From NCBI GenBank assembly GCA_964658025.1, contig CAZZXB010000006.1:1-44619 (forward strand): a DNA stretch of 44,619 nt, in the 5' to 3' direction. The notes under the pieces are model-generated. The model was not told the origin of the DNA, did not search any database, and saw nothing but the letters and a program-made list of their open reading frames with translations. This DNA is from an uncultured Janthinobacterium sp. (GTDB lineage Bacteria; Vulcanimicrobiota; Vulcanimicrobiia; Vulcanimicrobiales; Vulcanimicrobiaceae). Below are positions 28,469 through 37,865 of the stretch, piece after piece. The position numbers and the translations under genes are program-made. Each line of letters opens with the position of its first letter. The stretch's first letter is position 1.

Positions 28469-28488
28469 CCGATACTCCTTGGGACCAG

Positions 28489-28520
28489 GAAGAAAAGACG
28501 CTACCGAAACGGTAGCGTCT
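28489..28520 (-). terminator. Intrinsic terminator after cysK
   Basis: Perfect 11 bp stem AGACGCTACCG-AAA-CGGTAGCGTCT (28496-28520) followed on the minus strand by TTTCTT. Confidence 0.8.
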
Positions 28521-28542
28521 GCGTTTTGGTTCGGGCTCGGGC

Positions 28543-29505
28543 CTAGACGAGCGCCGGCTCGACGACCTGCGCCTCTTGTTCGGAGAAAACCGGGTTCGAG
28601 AGATAGCGCTCGCCCGTGTCGCATCCGATCGTCACGATGATCTTGCCGGCGTTTTCGGGCCGCGCGGCGACCCGCAACGCGGCGAGGATGTTCGCGCCCG
28701 CCGAGATGCCGACGAGCATCCCTTCCTCGCGTGCCGCGCGACGCGCCGTCGCGATCGCGTCGTCGTTCGAGATCTGCACGACCTCGTCGTACGCGGACTG
28801 GTTGAGGATCGACGGGATGAAGCCCGCGCCCGCGCCCTGGATCTTGTGCGGTCCGGGTTTGCCGCCGGAGAGGACGGGCGACGCCTCGGGTTCGACCGCG
28901 ACCGCGCGGAACGAGGGTTTGCGGCTCTTGAGCACTTCGCTCACGCCCGTGATCGTGCCGCCGGTACCGACCGCCGCGACGAAGATATCGACCGTGCCGT
29001 CGGTGTCGCGCCAGATCTCTTCCGCCGTCGTGCGGCGATGGATCTCGGGATTCGCGGGGTTGTCGAACTGCCCGGGCATGAAATACTTTGCGGGATTGCC
29101 GTCGCGGATCTCTTTGGCTTTCGCGATCGCGCCCTTCATGCCGTCGGCACCCGGCGTGAGGACGATTTGCGCGCCGTACGCTTTGAGCAGGTTGCGCCGC
29201 TCGAGCGTCATCGTCTCGGGCATCGTGAGGATGATCGGATAGCCTTTCGCCGCGGCGACGAAGGCGAGTGCGATCCCCGTGTTGCCGCTCGTCGGTTCGA
29301 CGATCACGGTATCGGGGCGCAGGCGACCCTCACGTTCGGCGGCCTCGATCATCGAGACGCCGATGCGATCCTTCACGCTCCCCGCCGGATTGAACGACTC
29401 CATCTTCACGAGGACCGTCCCGGCGATGCCCTTGTTGAGGCGCGGAATCTTCACGAGCGGCGTGTTGCCGAACGTGTCGGCGAGATTATCGTAGATGCGT
29501 GCCAT
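28543..29505 (-). CDS. cysK: Cysteine synthase A
   Basis: [17 protein letters not shown] (PLP lysine), [36 protein letters not shown]. Confidence 0.96.
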   Translation of the reverse strand: MARIYDNLADTFGNTPLVKIPRLNKGIAGTVLVKMESFNPAGSVKDRIGVSMIEAAEREGRLRPDTVIVEPTSGNTGIALAFVAAAKGYPIILTMPETMTLERRNLLKAYGAQIVLTPGADGMKGAIAKAKEIRDGNPAKYFMPGQFDNPANPEIHRRTTAEEIWRDTDGTVDIFVAAVGTGGTITGVSEVLKSRKPSFRAVAVEPEASPVLSGGKPGPHKIQGAGAGFIPSILNQSAYDEVVQISNDDAIATARRAAREEGMLVGISAGANILAALRVAARPENAGKIIVTIGCDTGERYLSNPVFSEQEAQVVEPALV

Positions 29506-29633
29506 GACGTATCAGACCGCGCCCCCGCGCCGACCGTTGCGTCCCGCAAAGACGCCGACCGGTTTTTCGGCATTCGAAAATCTAGCTCGCGGCCGCACGC
29601 GGCGCGGGCGACGAGGCCGTGCGCACGACGCGT

Positions 29634-29647
29634 CGAACGTACGTTCC
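29634..29647 (+). promoter_or_regulatory. Putative LexA (SOS) box, Gram-positive type
   Basis: CGAACGTACGTTCC matches the CGAACRNRYGTTYC consensus; 7 nt before the ATG of a DNA-repair nuclease-ligase pair. Confidence 0.75.
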
Positions 29648-29654
29648 CCTCCCG

Positions 29655-30668
29655 ATGTTTTCGATTACCGAGAAAACGCTCTACGTCGCCGACCTCGATC
29701 TCTGGATCGACTCGATGCGCTCGCGTTCGCGTTCGTACGTGTCGCACGGCCACGCGGATCACGCGCGCGCGCACGACGTCATCGTGACCTCCCCGAACAA
29801 CGCGGAGGTCTGCCGGCACCGATTCGGGCGGCGGAGACCGCACGCGGCGACGTTACCGGAGGTCGTAGCCGAGGAACGCGAGATCGTGTTCGAGACGCAC
29901 GCGTTCAACGAACCGTGGCGACTCGGCGATCACGAGCTGACGCTCTTCTCCGCGGGGCACGTCCTCGGGAGCTCGCAATTATTGATCGAAGGCGAGCGCG
30001 GCCGCTTCGTCTACACGGGCGACTTCAAGCTCGAGCCCTCGTACACGGCCGAGGCGCCGGAAGTGAAGCCGTGCGACGTCGTGCTCATGGAGTGCACGTA
30101 CGGTCGACCGCAATACGTCTTCCCGCCCCGCGCGGAGGTCGCGGGCGCGATGGTCGCCTGGGCGCGCGAGACGCTCGAAGACGGCGCCGTACCGATCTTC
30201 TACGCGTACTCGCTCGGGAAAGCGCAAGAGGCGCTCGCGATCCTCGGCGGCGCGGGTCTTCCGATCTCCGCGCACGGTGCGATCGCGTCGATGGCGCGCG
30301 TCTACGAACGCGCGGGCGTCGCGCTCCCGCCGTATGCGAAGTACGACGCCGAAACGTTCGACGGAAACGCCGTGCTGCTGTGGCCGCCGTCCGGTCGCGC
30401 GCTCCCGAAAGCCGTCCGCGGCCGGACGGTTCGGACGGCGAGCCTGACGGGCTGGGTGCAGGGCGGCGTCAACTGGAATCGCGGGTCCGATGCGGGATTT
30501 CCGCTCTCCGATCACGCCGATTTCCCGTCGCTCTTGCGCTACATCGAGCTCGCGAGTCCGAAAAAAGTGCTGCTCAATCACGGCTGGAAAGATTTCACGC
30601 ATCGCCTGCGCCGCATGGGCGTCGACGCGGAATATCTCGAGAGCAATCCGCAGCTCGCGCTGTTCTGA
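29655..30668 (+). CDS. MBL-fold/beta-CASP nuclease, ligase-associated DNA damage response exonuclease-like
   Basis: VSHGHADH, AGHVLGS, YTGDFK, MECTYG, YSLGKAQ, LSDHAD; adjacent to a DNA ligase. Start ATG 29655. Confidence 0.88.
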   Translation: MFSITEKTLYVADLDLWIDSMRSRSRSYVSHGHADHARAHDVIVTSPNNAEVCRHRFGRRRPHAATLPEVVAEEREIVFETHAFNEPWRLGDHELTLFSAGHVLGSSQLLIEGERGRFVYTGDFKLEPSYTAEAPEVKPCDVVLMECTYGRPQYVFPPRAEVAGAMVAWARETLEDGAVPIFYAYSLGKAQEALAILGGAGLPISAHGAIASMARVYERAGVALPPYAKYDAETFDGNAVLLWPPSGRALPKAVRGRTVRTASLTGWVQGGVNWNRGSDAGFPLSDHADFPSLLRYIELASPKKVLLNHGWKDFTHRLRRMGVDAEYLESNPQLALF

Positions 30669-30788
30669 CGCGCGCGAAGGCCGGACGGACACCGGCCGTC
30701 GCGCCGCCAAGACGGATCGCGTGAGCGAACCCCTCGCACCGTCGAGCGCGAACGACATCGCCGTGCGGTCGCGCACGACCGTGCGGCC

Positions 30789-32462
30789 GTGATCGCGTTC
30801 GCGCGGGCGTGCGACGAGATCGGCGCGGTCGCGGCGAAGCTCGCGAAGATCGCACGGCTCGCGGAGTATCTGCGCTCGCTCGATACGGACGATCTGCGCG
30901 CGGCGGCGCGCTTCGTGAGCGGCGATCCGCTCGCCTCGCACGACGCGCGCAAGCTCGCGATCGGCGGACGGACGCTCCTCGCGGCCGCGCGCGCCGTGTG
31001 GGAACCGAGCGAGGACGATCTCGGCGCGGCGTATCGCGCGACGGGCGATCTCGGCGACGCGCTCGCGCGCGTGTTCCGCGAGCCCGCGACGCTCGCGCTC
31101 TTCTCCGAGACGCTCACGCCCGCGTCGTTCGCGCGGATGCTCGACGAGATCGCCTCGGCATCGGGCAAAGCCGCCGGCCGCAAACGTGAGGGCGTCTGCG
31201 AACGCGCCTTCCGCGCGTGTCGCGATCCGCGCGAGGTCGCGTACGTCGCGAAGATCTTACTCGGCGATCTGCGGATCGGCTTGCGCGAGGGCCTCGTCCT
31301 CGACGCGATCGCGAGCGCGTTCGACGTCGAAACGCCGCTCGTCCGACGCGCGGCGATGGCGGCGGGCGACGTCGGCGCCGTCGCGATCGCGGCGCGCGAC
31401 GGCGATCTCGCGTCGATCGCGGTACGCTACAACGCGCCGATCGGGTTCATGCTCGCCTCGCCGATCGCGTTCGGATCGTCGTATCGCGAGCTCGCGACGG
31501 GCACCTGGCTCGTCGAGGACAAGTACGACGGCATCCGCGCGCAGGCGCACGTCCGCGACGGTGTGGCGCGCATCTTCTCACGAACGTTCAGCGACGTCTC
31601 GCGGTCGTTCCCCGAACTCGTCGCCGCGCTCTCGCCGCTTCCCGATGCGATGCTCGACGGCGAGATCGTCGCCGGCACGGCCGAAGCCGCGTTACCGTTC
31701 CGCTATCTGCAACCGCGCTTGCAGCGCACGGATCCCTCGCCCGAACTCCAGACGCAGATCCCCGTCACCTTCGTCGCCTTCGATCTGCTCGCGTCGGGCG
31801 AACGGTTCTTGCTCGACGAGCCGCTCGTCGAACGTCGCGCCGAACTCGCGGCCTGCGTCGCGATCGCGCCGCGCATCGCGCTCGCGACGTGGCGGACGCT
31901 CGAAACGGGCGCGGCGCCCGAGGCCGTCGCCGATCTCTTCGACGCCTCGCGCGCGCGCGGCAACGAGGGGCTGATGCTCAAGCGCACGGATTCGCCGTAC
32001 GCGCCCGGTCGACGCGGCAAATGGTGGCTCAAACTCAAGCGCGAACTCTCGACGCTCGATTGCGTCGTCGTCGCGGTGGAATGGGGTCACGGCCGACGCA
32101 AGGGCGTGCTCTCGGATTACACCTTCGCCGTCCGCCGTTCGGAGACCGACCCGGAATTATTGACGCTCGGGAAAGCGTACACGGGCCTGACCGATGCGGA
32201 GATCGCGGAGATGACGACTTGGTTCTCCACGCACGAAACGGGTTCGCTCGGTCGGCGCGGGATCGCGGTCGAACCGACGATCGTCGTCGAGATCGCGTTC
32301 GACGTGATCCAGCAGAGCGCGCTCCACGCGAGCGGTTACGCGTTACGCTTCCCGCGCATCGTCCGTATCCGAAACGACAAAACGGCGGCAGAGATCGACA
32401 CGCTCGCGAGCGTCGAAGCCGTCTACGCCGAGATGATCGCGCGCGAGGGCGTCGCGCGATGA
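30789..32462 (+). CDS. ATP-dependent DNA ligase (LigB-like)
   Basis: EDKYDGIRAQ (adenylated Lys), LDGEI, FDLL, EGLMLK, WLKLK, LRFPR; N-terminal DNA-binding domain. Confidence 0.95.
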   Translation: MIAFARACDEIGAVAAKLAKIARLAEYLRSLDTDDLRAAARFVSGDPLASHDARKLAIGGRTLLAAARAVWEPSEDDLGAAYRATGDLGDALARVFREPATLALFSETLTPASFARMLDEIASASGKAAGRKREGVCERAFRACRDPREVAYVAKILLGDLRIGLREGLVLDAIASAFDVETPLVRRAAMAAGDVGAVAIAARDGDLASIAVRYNAPIGFMLASPIAFGSSYRELATGTWLVEDKYDGIRAQAHVRDGVARIFSRTFSDVSRSFPELVAALSPLPDAMLDGEIVAGTAEAALPFRYLQPRLQRTDPSPELQTQIPVTFVAFDLLASGERFLLDEPLVERRAELAACVAIAPRIALATWRTLETGAAPEAVADLFDASRARGNEGLMLKRTDSPYAPGRRGKWWLKLKRELSTLDCVVVAVEWGHGRRKGVLSDYTFAVRRSETDPELLTLGKAYTGLTDAEIAEMTTWFSTHETGSLGRRGIAVEPTIVVEIAFDVIQQSALHASGYALRFPRIVRIRNDKTAAEIDTLASVEAVYAEMIAREGVAR

Positions 32463-33019
32463 ACGTCGAGCGCAACACCCTGCGAGGCGGGGCGGACCTC
32501 GCGCTCGTGCCGCGTCACGTCGCGGACGCGCCCGAGCTCTTCGCGCTCGTAGACGCGCATCGCGAGGTGCTGCGCGAATGGCTCACCTGGATCGACGCGA
32601 CGCGGACCCTCGCCGACGCGCGGCGTTACGCCCATTATTCGGAGGCGCAATTCGACGGCCGCGTCGGCTTCGATTACGCCGTCCGCCGCGGCGGACGCGC
32701 GGTCGGCACGATCGGTCTGCACGCCATCGACTGGACGAACCGTTCGGCGCAGATCGGTTATTGGCTCTCGCCCGACGCGCGCGGCGCGGGAACGATGACG
32801 CGGGCGTGCGAGATCCTCGTCGCGCACGCCTTCGGTCCGCTCGCGCTGCACCGCCTCGAAATCCACGCCGTCGTCGCGAACGCGCGCAGCCGCGCCGTCG
32901 CCGAACGACTGGGATTCGCCTACGAAGGGACGCTCGCCGAAGCGTTCGTGCTCCACGGCGTCTTCGCGGACATCGCGCTCTACGCGAAGATCGCGCCGGG
33001 CGGTTCGCTCGCGCGCTGA
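32459..33019 (+). CDS. GNAT acetyltransferase, RimJ/RimL family
   Basis: ATGA overlap with the ligase stop; LREWLTW, AQIGYWL, G.GTMT, LHRLEI, N.RSRAVAERLGF.YEG. Confidence 0.9.
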   Translation: MNVERNTLRGGADLALVPRHVADAPELFALVDAHREVLREWLTWIDATRTLADARRYAHYSEAQFDGRVGFDYAVRRGGRAVGTIGLHAIDWTNRSAQIGYWLSPDARGAGTMTRACEILVAHAFGPLALHRLEIHAVVANARSRAVAERLGFAYEGTLAEAFVLHGVFADIALYAKIAPGGSLAR

Positions 33020-33149
33020 TCGCCTTCGCCCCCGGTATTCGTTACCCGACTCGCGCTTCGCGTCGGGCGCGCGCACCGATAACGCCGTCGCGCGTTCGGG
33101 GACCGCTCACGCGCCACGACGTGCGCTGCGGGTCACCCGTGCCGTCCGC

Positions 33150-33872
33150 TCACGCGCTCGCGACGTGCGTCTCGAAGAGCGTGCGGACGCGATTCCAGGC
33201 GTCGGCCGCCGCGTCGCCCGACGTCGGACCCTGGCGAAAGAATGCGTGGCCGACGCCGTCGTAGACTCGGAGATCGAAGGTCGCGCCGCGCGTCTCGAGC
33301 GCCGTGCGGATCTTCTCGACGTCTTCCATCGGGATCGACTCGTCGTCGCGTCCGTAGGCGAGGAAGAGCGGCGCGTGGATCTCGCGCGTCACCTCGATCA
33401 TCGGCGGTCGCGTCGGCACCTTCGACGTCGCGATCTGACCGCCGTAGAACGAGACCGCCGCCGAGACGAACGGTAACGTCGCCGAGAGATACGCGACCGA
33501 ACCGCCGAAACAAAAACCGCACGTGCCGATCTTCGCAGCGGGGCCGAGACGTTCGCGGATCGCCTCGGCGCATGCCGTGAGATCGGCGACCATCTGCTGC
33601 AGGTCGAGCCCGCCCGCGGCGGCGCGGCCCTTCTCGACCCCCGCGGCACTCACCGGCGCCTCGAAATGCGGATCGGTGCGATGGAAGATCGCGGGTGCGA
33701 TCGCGAGATAGCCCTCGCCCGCGAGCAGTTCGGCGATCGCGCGCATCGCGGCGTTCACGCCGAAGATCTCTTGGATCACGATGATGCCGCCGCGCGGCGT
33801 TCCCTCGGGTTCCGCGAGATAGGCGGGCATGTTCTCGCCCGTTACGGGAAGGTCGATCCACGTCGTTCGCAC
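33150..33872 (-). CDS. Dienelactone hydrolase family protein
   Basis: VIQEIFGVN, GFCFGG (nucleophilic Cys), SFYG, D.SIP, GVGHAF. Start GTG 33872. Confidence 0.92.
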   Translation of the reverse strand: MRTTWIDLPVTGENMPAYLAEPEGTPRGGIIVIQEIFGVNAAMRAIAELLAGEGYLAIAPAIFHRTDPHFEAPVSAAGVEKGRAAAGGLDLQQMVADLTACAEAIRERLGPAAKIGTCGFCFGGSVAYLSATLPFVSAAVSFYGGQIATSKVPTRPPMIEVTREIHAPLFLAYGRDDESIPMEDVEKIRTALETRGATFDLRVYDGVGHAFFRQGPTSGDAAADAWNRVRTLFETHVASA

Positions 33873-33913
33873 CCGGCTCTCGTTGCCGACGCGAAGCGCC
33901 GATCCTCTCCCCG

Positions 33914-35809
33914 CTATCGGCGCGTCAGCGCGAACGACACGCGCACGATGTTTCCGCCGTCGGTCGCCCGATCGACCTCCGCGCTCGCGGCGAGCATCCG
34001 CACGAGCGCGAGCCCGCGACCGTTCTCGTCGAATGGATCGGGGAGCGACGACGTGTCGATCCGCGCGAGCGTCGTTCCGGAATCCGTCACCGCCATCCGC
34101 AGATCGTCGCCGCGCCAATCGACGTCGATCTCCACGAGCCCCGGCGCGTGCTCCACCGTGTTCGCGAGGATCTCGCCGAGCACGAGTTCGAGATCGGCGA
34201 GATCCGCGTGCGCGCGCGCGAGACGACGCAGATACCCGACGACGCGACGTCGGATTCGCGACGCGCTCGCCGCGTCGCTCGAATGGAAGCGCCACGTCGC
34301 GACGGGATCGATCGCGTCGGTCGAGTGCCGCACCGCGGCTTCGACGTGCGCGAACTGCATGAACAGCAGCGCGGTGTCGTCGACGGGCGTCGCGTCGCCG
34401 AGCACGTCGGCGAGGATGTCGCGCGCCGGCCGCGCGGAGGTCACGTCGCCGACGCGGCGCCCCACCGCCTCCTTGAGCGCGATCTCGGCCGACTCGACGT
34501 CGCGCGCGAATTCGGTGATGCCGTCGGTGTAGAGCACGACGATGCTCCCGGGGGCGATCGCGTCGATCCGCTCCGTCGGAACGCTCAGGCCGTCGAGGAC
34601 GCCGAGCGGAACCCCGCCGTACGGGAGTGCGCGCACGGCGCTTCCGGGCGACGCGACGATCGGCGGCGGATGTCCCGCGCACGCGTAGACGAGCGCGCTC
34701 CGCGCGTGGTTGACGAAACCGACGACGGCGGTCGCGATCGTATCGTCCTGCGAGCGCAGGATCGCGTTGGTCTTCGCGAGCACGACGGCGGGATCGTCTT
34801 CGTCGAAGGCGAGCGTGAGGATCGCCTGACGCAACCGACCGACCGTGACCGAGGCTTCGATGCCGTGACCCATCACGTCGCCGATCGAAAAGAGTAATCG
34901 TCCGTCGGGGAGTTCGAACGCGTCGTACCAATCGCCGCCGACGAGCGCGTCGCGCTCCGCCGCGACGTACACGGCGTCGATCCGCAGGTTCGGATCCTCG
35001 GGGAGGCGCTTCGGAAGAAACGCGTTCTGCAAGGTCTCCGTGATGCGGCGCGTGCGCGAGAGCGTGCGCCGCTGTTCGTCGATGTCCGTCATCGTGCCGT
35101 ACCAACGGACCACGCGACCGTCGCCGTCGCGTACGGGTTCGCCGCGCGAGAGAAACCACCGATAGCGTCCGTCGACGCCGCGCAGTCGCGATTCGAAATC
35201 GAGCGCGCCGCCCGACGCGAGCGCGTGCGTCCAACTCTCGATGACGAGCGGCAGGTCGGCCGGATGGTGCGCCGACTGCCAACCCCATCCGCGCGCCTCC
35301 TCGCGCGATTGACCGGTAAACGCATAATAACGCTCGTTGTACCAGTCGACGGCGCCCGACGAATCGGTCGCCCACAACATCTGCGAGATGCTCTGCACGA
35401 GCGCGCGCAACTCGCCTTCGGTGCGCTTGCGCTCGTCGATCTCCGAGAGCACGCCCGTCCAACGCACGAGCGCGCCGCACGCGTCGAACGAGGGTTCGAG
35501 CGAGATCGCGAGCCATCGGTACGAGTCGTCCGCGTAACGCAAGCGGATCTCGTCGTCGTACGTTCCGAGCTCGGCGAACGCCTTACGCGCGCGGACGACG
35601 ACGCGCGCGCGATCGGCGGGATGGAGCAGCGCGGCCCACCGTTCGCCCGAGAGCGCGGTGAGATCGTGACCGAGCACCGCCTGCCACCGACGGTTCACGA
35701 ACTCGACCGAGCCGTCGGCACGACACGCGACGACGAGCGTGGGGATCGTGTCCGCACATCGCTTCCAGGTCTCGAAATCGTCGGCGACGGGCGCGAGATC
35801 GGGCGTCAT
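33914..35809 (-). CDS. PAS-PAS-PP2C (SpoIIE/RsbU) phosphatase with C-terminal anti-sigma-type HATPase domain
   Basis: Two PAS_3-like repeats (HPAD..., G.YRW), VGGDWYD, IGDVMGHG, AGHPPP, YTDGITE, DDTA, then ELVLGEILANTVEHA and ENGRGL. Confidence 0.92.
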   Translation of the reverse strand: MTPDLAPVADDFETWKRCADTIPTLVVACRADGSVEFVNRRWQAVLGHDLTALSGERWAALLHPADRARVVVRARKAFAELGTYDDEIRLRYADDSYRWLAISLEPSFDACGALVRWTGVLSEIDERKRTEGELRALVQSISQMLWATDSSGAVDWYNERYYAFTGQSREEARGWGWQSAHHPADLPLVIESWTHALASGGALDFESRLRGVDGRYRWFLSRGEPVRDGDGRVVRWYGTMTDIDEQRRTLSRTRRITETLQNAFLPKRLPEDPNLRIDAVYVAAERDALVGGDWYDAFELPDGRLLFSIGDVMGHGIEASVTVGRLRQAILTLAFDEDDPAVVLAKTNAILRSQDDTIATAVVGFVNHARSALVYACAGHPPPIVASPGSAVRALPYGGVPLGVLDGLSVPTERIDAIAPGSIVVLYTDGITEFARDVESAEIALKEAVGRRVGDVTSARPARDILADVLGDATPVDDTALLFMQFAHVEAAVRHSTDAIDPVATWRFHSSDAASASRIRRRVVGYLRRLARAHADLADLELVLGEILANTVEHAPGLVEIDVDWRGDDLRMAVTDSGTTLARIDTSSLPDPFDENGRGLALVRMLAASAEVDRATDGGNIVRVSFALTRR

Positions 35810-35828
35810 CCTCGCGGGCGCTTCGACG

Positions 35829-35861
35829 AAAAAGGCGGCCGCGCCCCGCGCGACCGCCTTT
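35829..35861 (-). terminator. Intrinsic terminator after the acyl-CoA dehydrogenase
   Basis: Minus strand AAAGGCGGTCGCGC-GGG-GCGCGGCCGCC followed by TTTTT. Confidence 0.8.
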
Positions 35862-35887
35862 GGACGTACGAGTCCGGGTGCGACTCC

Positions 35888-37687
35888 TTAGGCGAGTGCC
35901 AGACTCTTGCGATCGAGTTCGAACTGCTCTTCGGTGAGCGCCATGACCGACGCCGAGCCGTTCGTGATCTCGTGCTTGTGCAAGAGCGTCTTCGGCAGGA
36001 TGTGGTCGGCGTAGAACCGCGCCGTCGTGAGCTTCGCCGCATAGAACGGATCGCTCGCGGCCTTCGGTGCCGAGACGAGCGCCGCGCGCGCCATCATCCA
36101 TCCGCCCGAGAGATAGCCCCACATCATGAGGAACGGAACCGATCCGGCGAAGGCGCCCTTCGTGTCCTTGAGCGCGTTGCCGCCCATCCACATCGACGCT
36201 TCCTGCGCCGCCTTCACGGCCTTCGCGAGCTCCTCGCCGATCGCTCTGACGTCGGCGTTATCGCTCTCGGCGCACTGCTTGACGGTCGCGTTGATCTCGC
36301 CCATGAGTTTGGTCGCGGTCTTGCCCATGTCTTTGAGGAACTTACGGCCGAGAAAATCGTTGGACTGGATCCCCGTCGTGCCTTCGTAGATCGCGCAGAT
36401 ACGCACGTCGCGATAATACTGCGCGACGCCCGTCTCCTCGACGTAGCCCATGCCGCCGAAGACCTGGATCGCTTCGCTGCAGACGCCGTTGGCGATTTCG
36501 GTCGACCAGCCTTTGACGATCGGCGTGAAGAACTCGACGAGCACGTTCGCGTCGGCGTCGTGGGCCGCATGCGCGCGATCGAGACAGGCCGCCGTATAGA
36601 ACGCGACGGCGCGCGCGGCTTCGACGTGCGCCTTGCAGCTCATGAGCATGCGACGCACGTCGGGATGCTCGATGATCGCGACCGGCGTCCATTCCTTCGC
36701 CGCGATGTCCTTCGATTGAACGCGTTCCTTCGCGTATCCGAGCGCCGCCTGATAGGCGCGATCGGCCGCCGCGTACCCTTGCACGCCGACCGAGAAGCGG
36801 GCCGCGTTCATCATGATGAACATGTATTTGAGGCCCTCGTTCTCCTTGCCGACGAGGTAGGCGGTCGCGCCGCCGGCCTTCTCACCGTAGTTGAGCGTGC
36901 ACGTCGGCGATGCGTTGATCCCGAGCTTGTGCTCGATGCCCGCGCAGTAGATGTCGTTGCGCTCGCCGAGCGAGCCGTCCGCGTTGACGAGAAACTTCGG
37001 CGTGATGAAGAGCGAGATGCCCTTGACGCCTTCGGGCGCCGTCGGCGTGCGCGCGAGCGTGAGGTGGATGATGTTCTCGGTGTAGTCGTGCTCGCCGTAC
37101 GTGATATAGATCTTCTGGCCGGTCACCTTGTAGTGATCGCCCTCGGGCACGGCCTTCGCACGAACCTGCGCGAGATCGGAACCCGCCTGGGGCTCGGTGA
37201 GATCCATCGTGCCGGTCCACTTACCGGAAACGAGATTCGGCACGTACGTCTTCTTCTGTTCGTCCGTCCCGCAGAGCAGGATCGCTTCGATCGCACCCTG
37301 GTTGAGGAGCGGCCCGAGCGAGAAGCCGAGATTCGAAGCGTTCCACATCTCGAGCGTCGCGGTGCTCAGCAACCACGGAAGGCCCTGGCCGCCGTACTCG
37401 GCCGGCATCGGCAGACCGACCCAGCCGGCATCGGCGAACTGATGGTACGCTTCCTTGAACCCCGGCGGCGTCGTGACGTTCCCGTCGACGAATTTCGCGC
37501 CGTGGTGATCGCCGATCGCGTTGAGCGGGTCGAGCACGTTCGAGGCGAAGTTTCCGGCTTCTTCGAGCACGGCTTCGGCCACGTCGGCCGCGTCCTCGTA
37601 GCCCGGCAACTTCGCGATCGCTTCGAAATCGAACATGTCGTTGATCAAGAAACTAAAGTCGCGAAGTGGTGCTTTGTAGGCGCTCAT
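35888..37687 (-). CDS. Acyl-CoA dehydrogenase (long form, FadE5/DmdC-like)
   Basis: GTMDLTEPQAGSDL, GQKIYITYGEHD, GIEHKLGINASPT, QVFGGMGYVEE, IYEGTTGIQ. Confidence 0.94.
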   Translation of the reverse strand: MSAYKAPLRDFSFLINDMFDFEAIAKLPGYEDAADVAEAVLEEAGNFASNVLDPLNAIGDHHGAKFVDGNVTTPPGFKEAYHQFADAGWVGLPMPAEYGGQGLPWLLSTATLEMWNASNLGFSLGPLLNQGAIEAILLCGTDEQKKTYVPNLVSGKWTGTMDLTEPQAGSDLAQVRAKAVPEGDHYKVTGQKIYITYGEHDYTENIIHLTLARTPTAPEGVKGISLFITPKFLVNADGSLGERNDIYCAGIEHKLGINASPTCTLNYGEKAGGATAYLVGKENEGLKYMFIMMNAARFSVGVQGYAAADRAYQAALGYAKERVQSKDIAAKEWTPVAIIEHPDVRRMLMSCKAHVEAARAVAFYTAACLDRAHAAHDADANVLVEFFTPIVKGWSTEIANGVCSEAIQVFGGMGYVEETGVAQYYRDVRICAIYEGTTGIQSNDFLGRKFLKDMGKTATKLMGEINATVKQCAESDNADVRAIGEELAKAVKAAQEASMWMGGNALKDTKGAFAGSVPFLMMWGYLSGGWMMARAALVSAPKAASDPFYAAKLTTARFYADHILPKTLLHKHEITNGSASVMALTEEQFELDRKSLALA

Positions 37688-37782
37688 GTCGTTGGTGCAA
37701 TCCTCGGGCGCTTGGTGCGGTAAGAGTGATGCGAAAGTATTCGACCGCCCGCTAATCGTTCCCGGGTATCGTCGTCGCGGTG

Positions 37783-37796
37783 GGAATATATATTCC
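37783..37796. promoter_or_regulatory. Perfect 14 bp AT-rich palindrome in a divergent promoter region (putative operator)
   Basis: GGAATATATATTCC is its own reverse complement and stands out in the high-GC background. Confidence 0.65.
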
Positions 37797-37865
37797 TACG
37801 ATCTCGAGCGACGGTCGGGAACCGTTTCGGGGTACGATGCCGAGCGGAAAGTAGGTTGTCACGAT

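Noticed and set aside
30721..30792. 23-codon ORF MSEPLAPSSANDIAVRSRTTVRP overlapping the ligase start (GTGA)
   Set aside because: No clear RBS or motif; short open frames are expected here.
33150..35516. Apparent 788 aa ORF ending in the dienelactone hydrolase; likewise 31217..33019 (GNAT) and 6737..8032 (livM)
   Set aside because: The N-terminal extensions are shadow frames overlapping the neighbouring real genes; true starts are 33872, 32459 and 7789.
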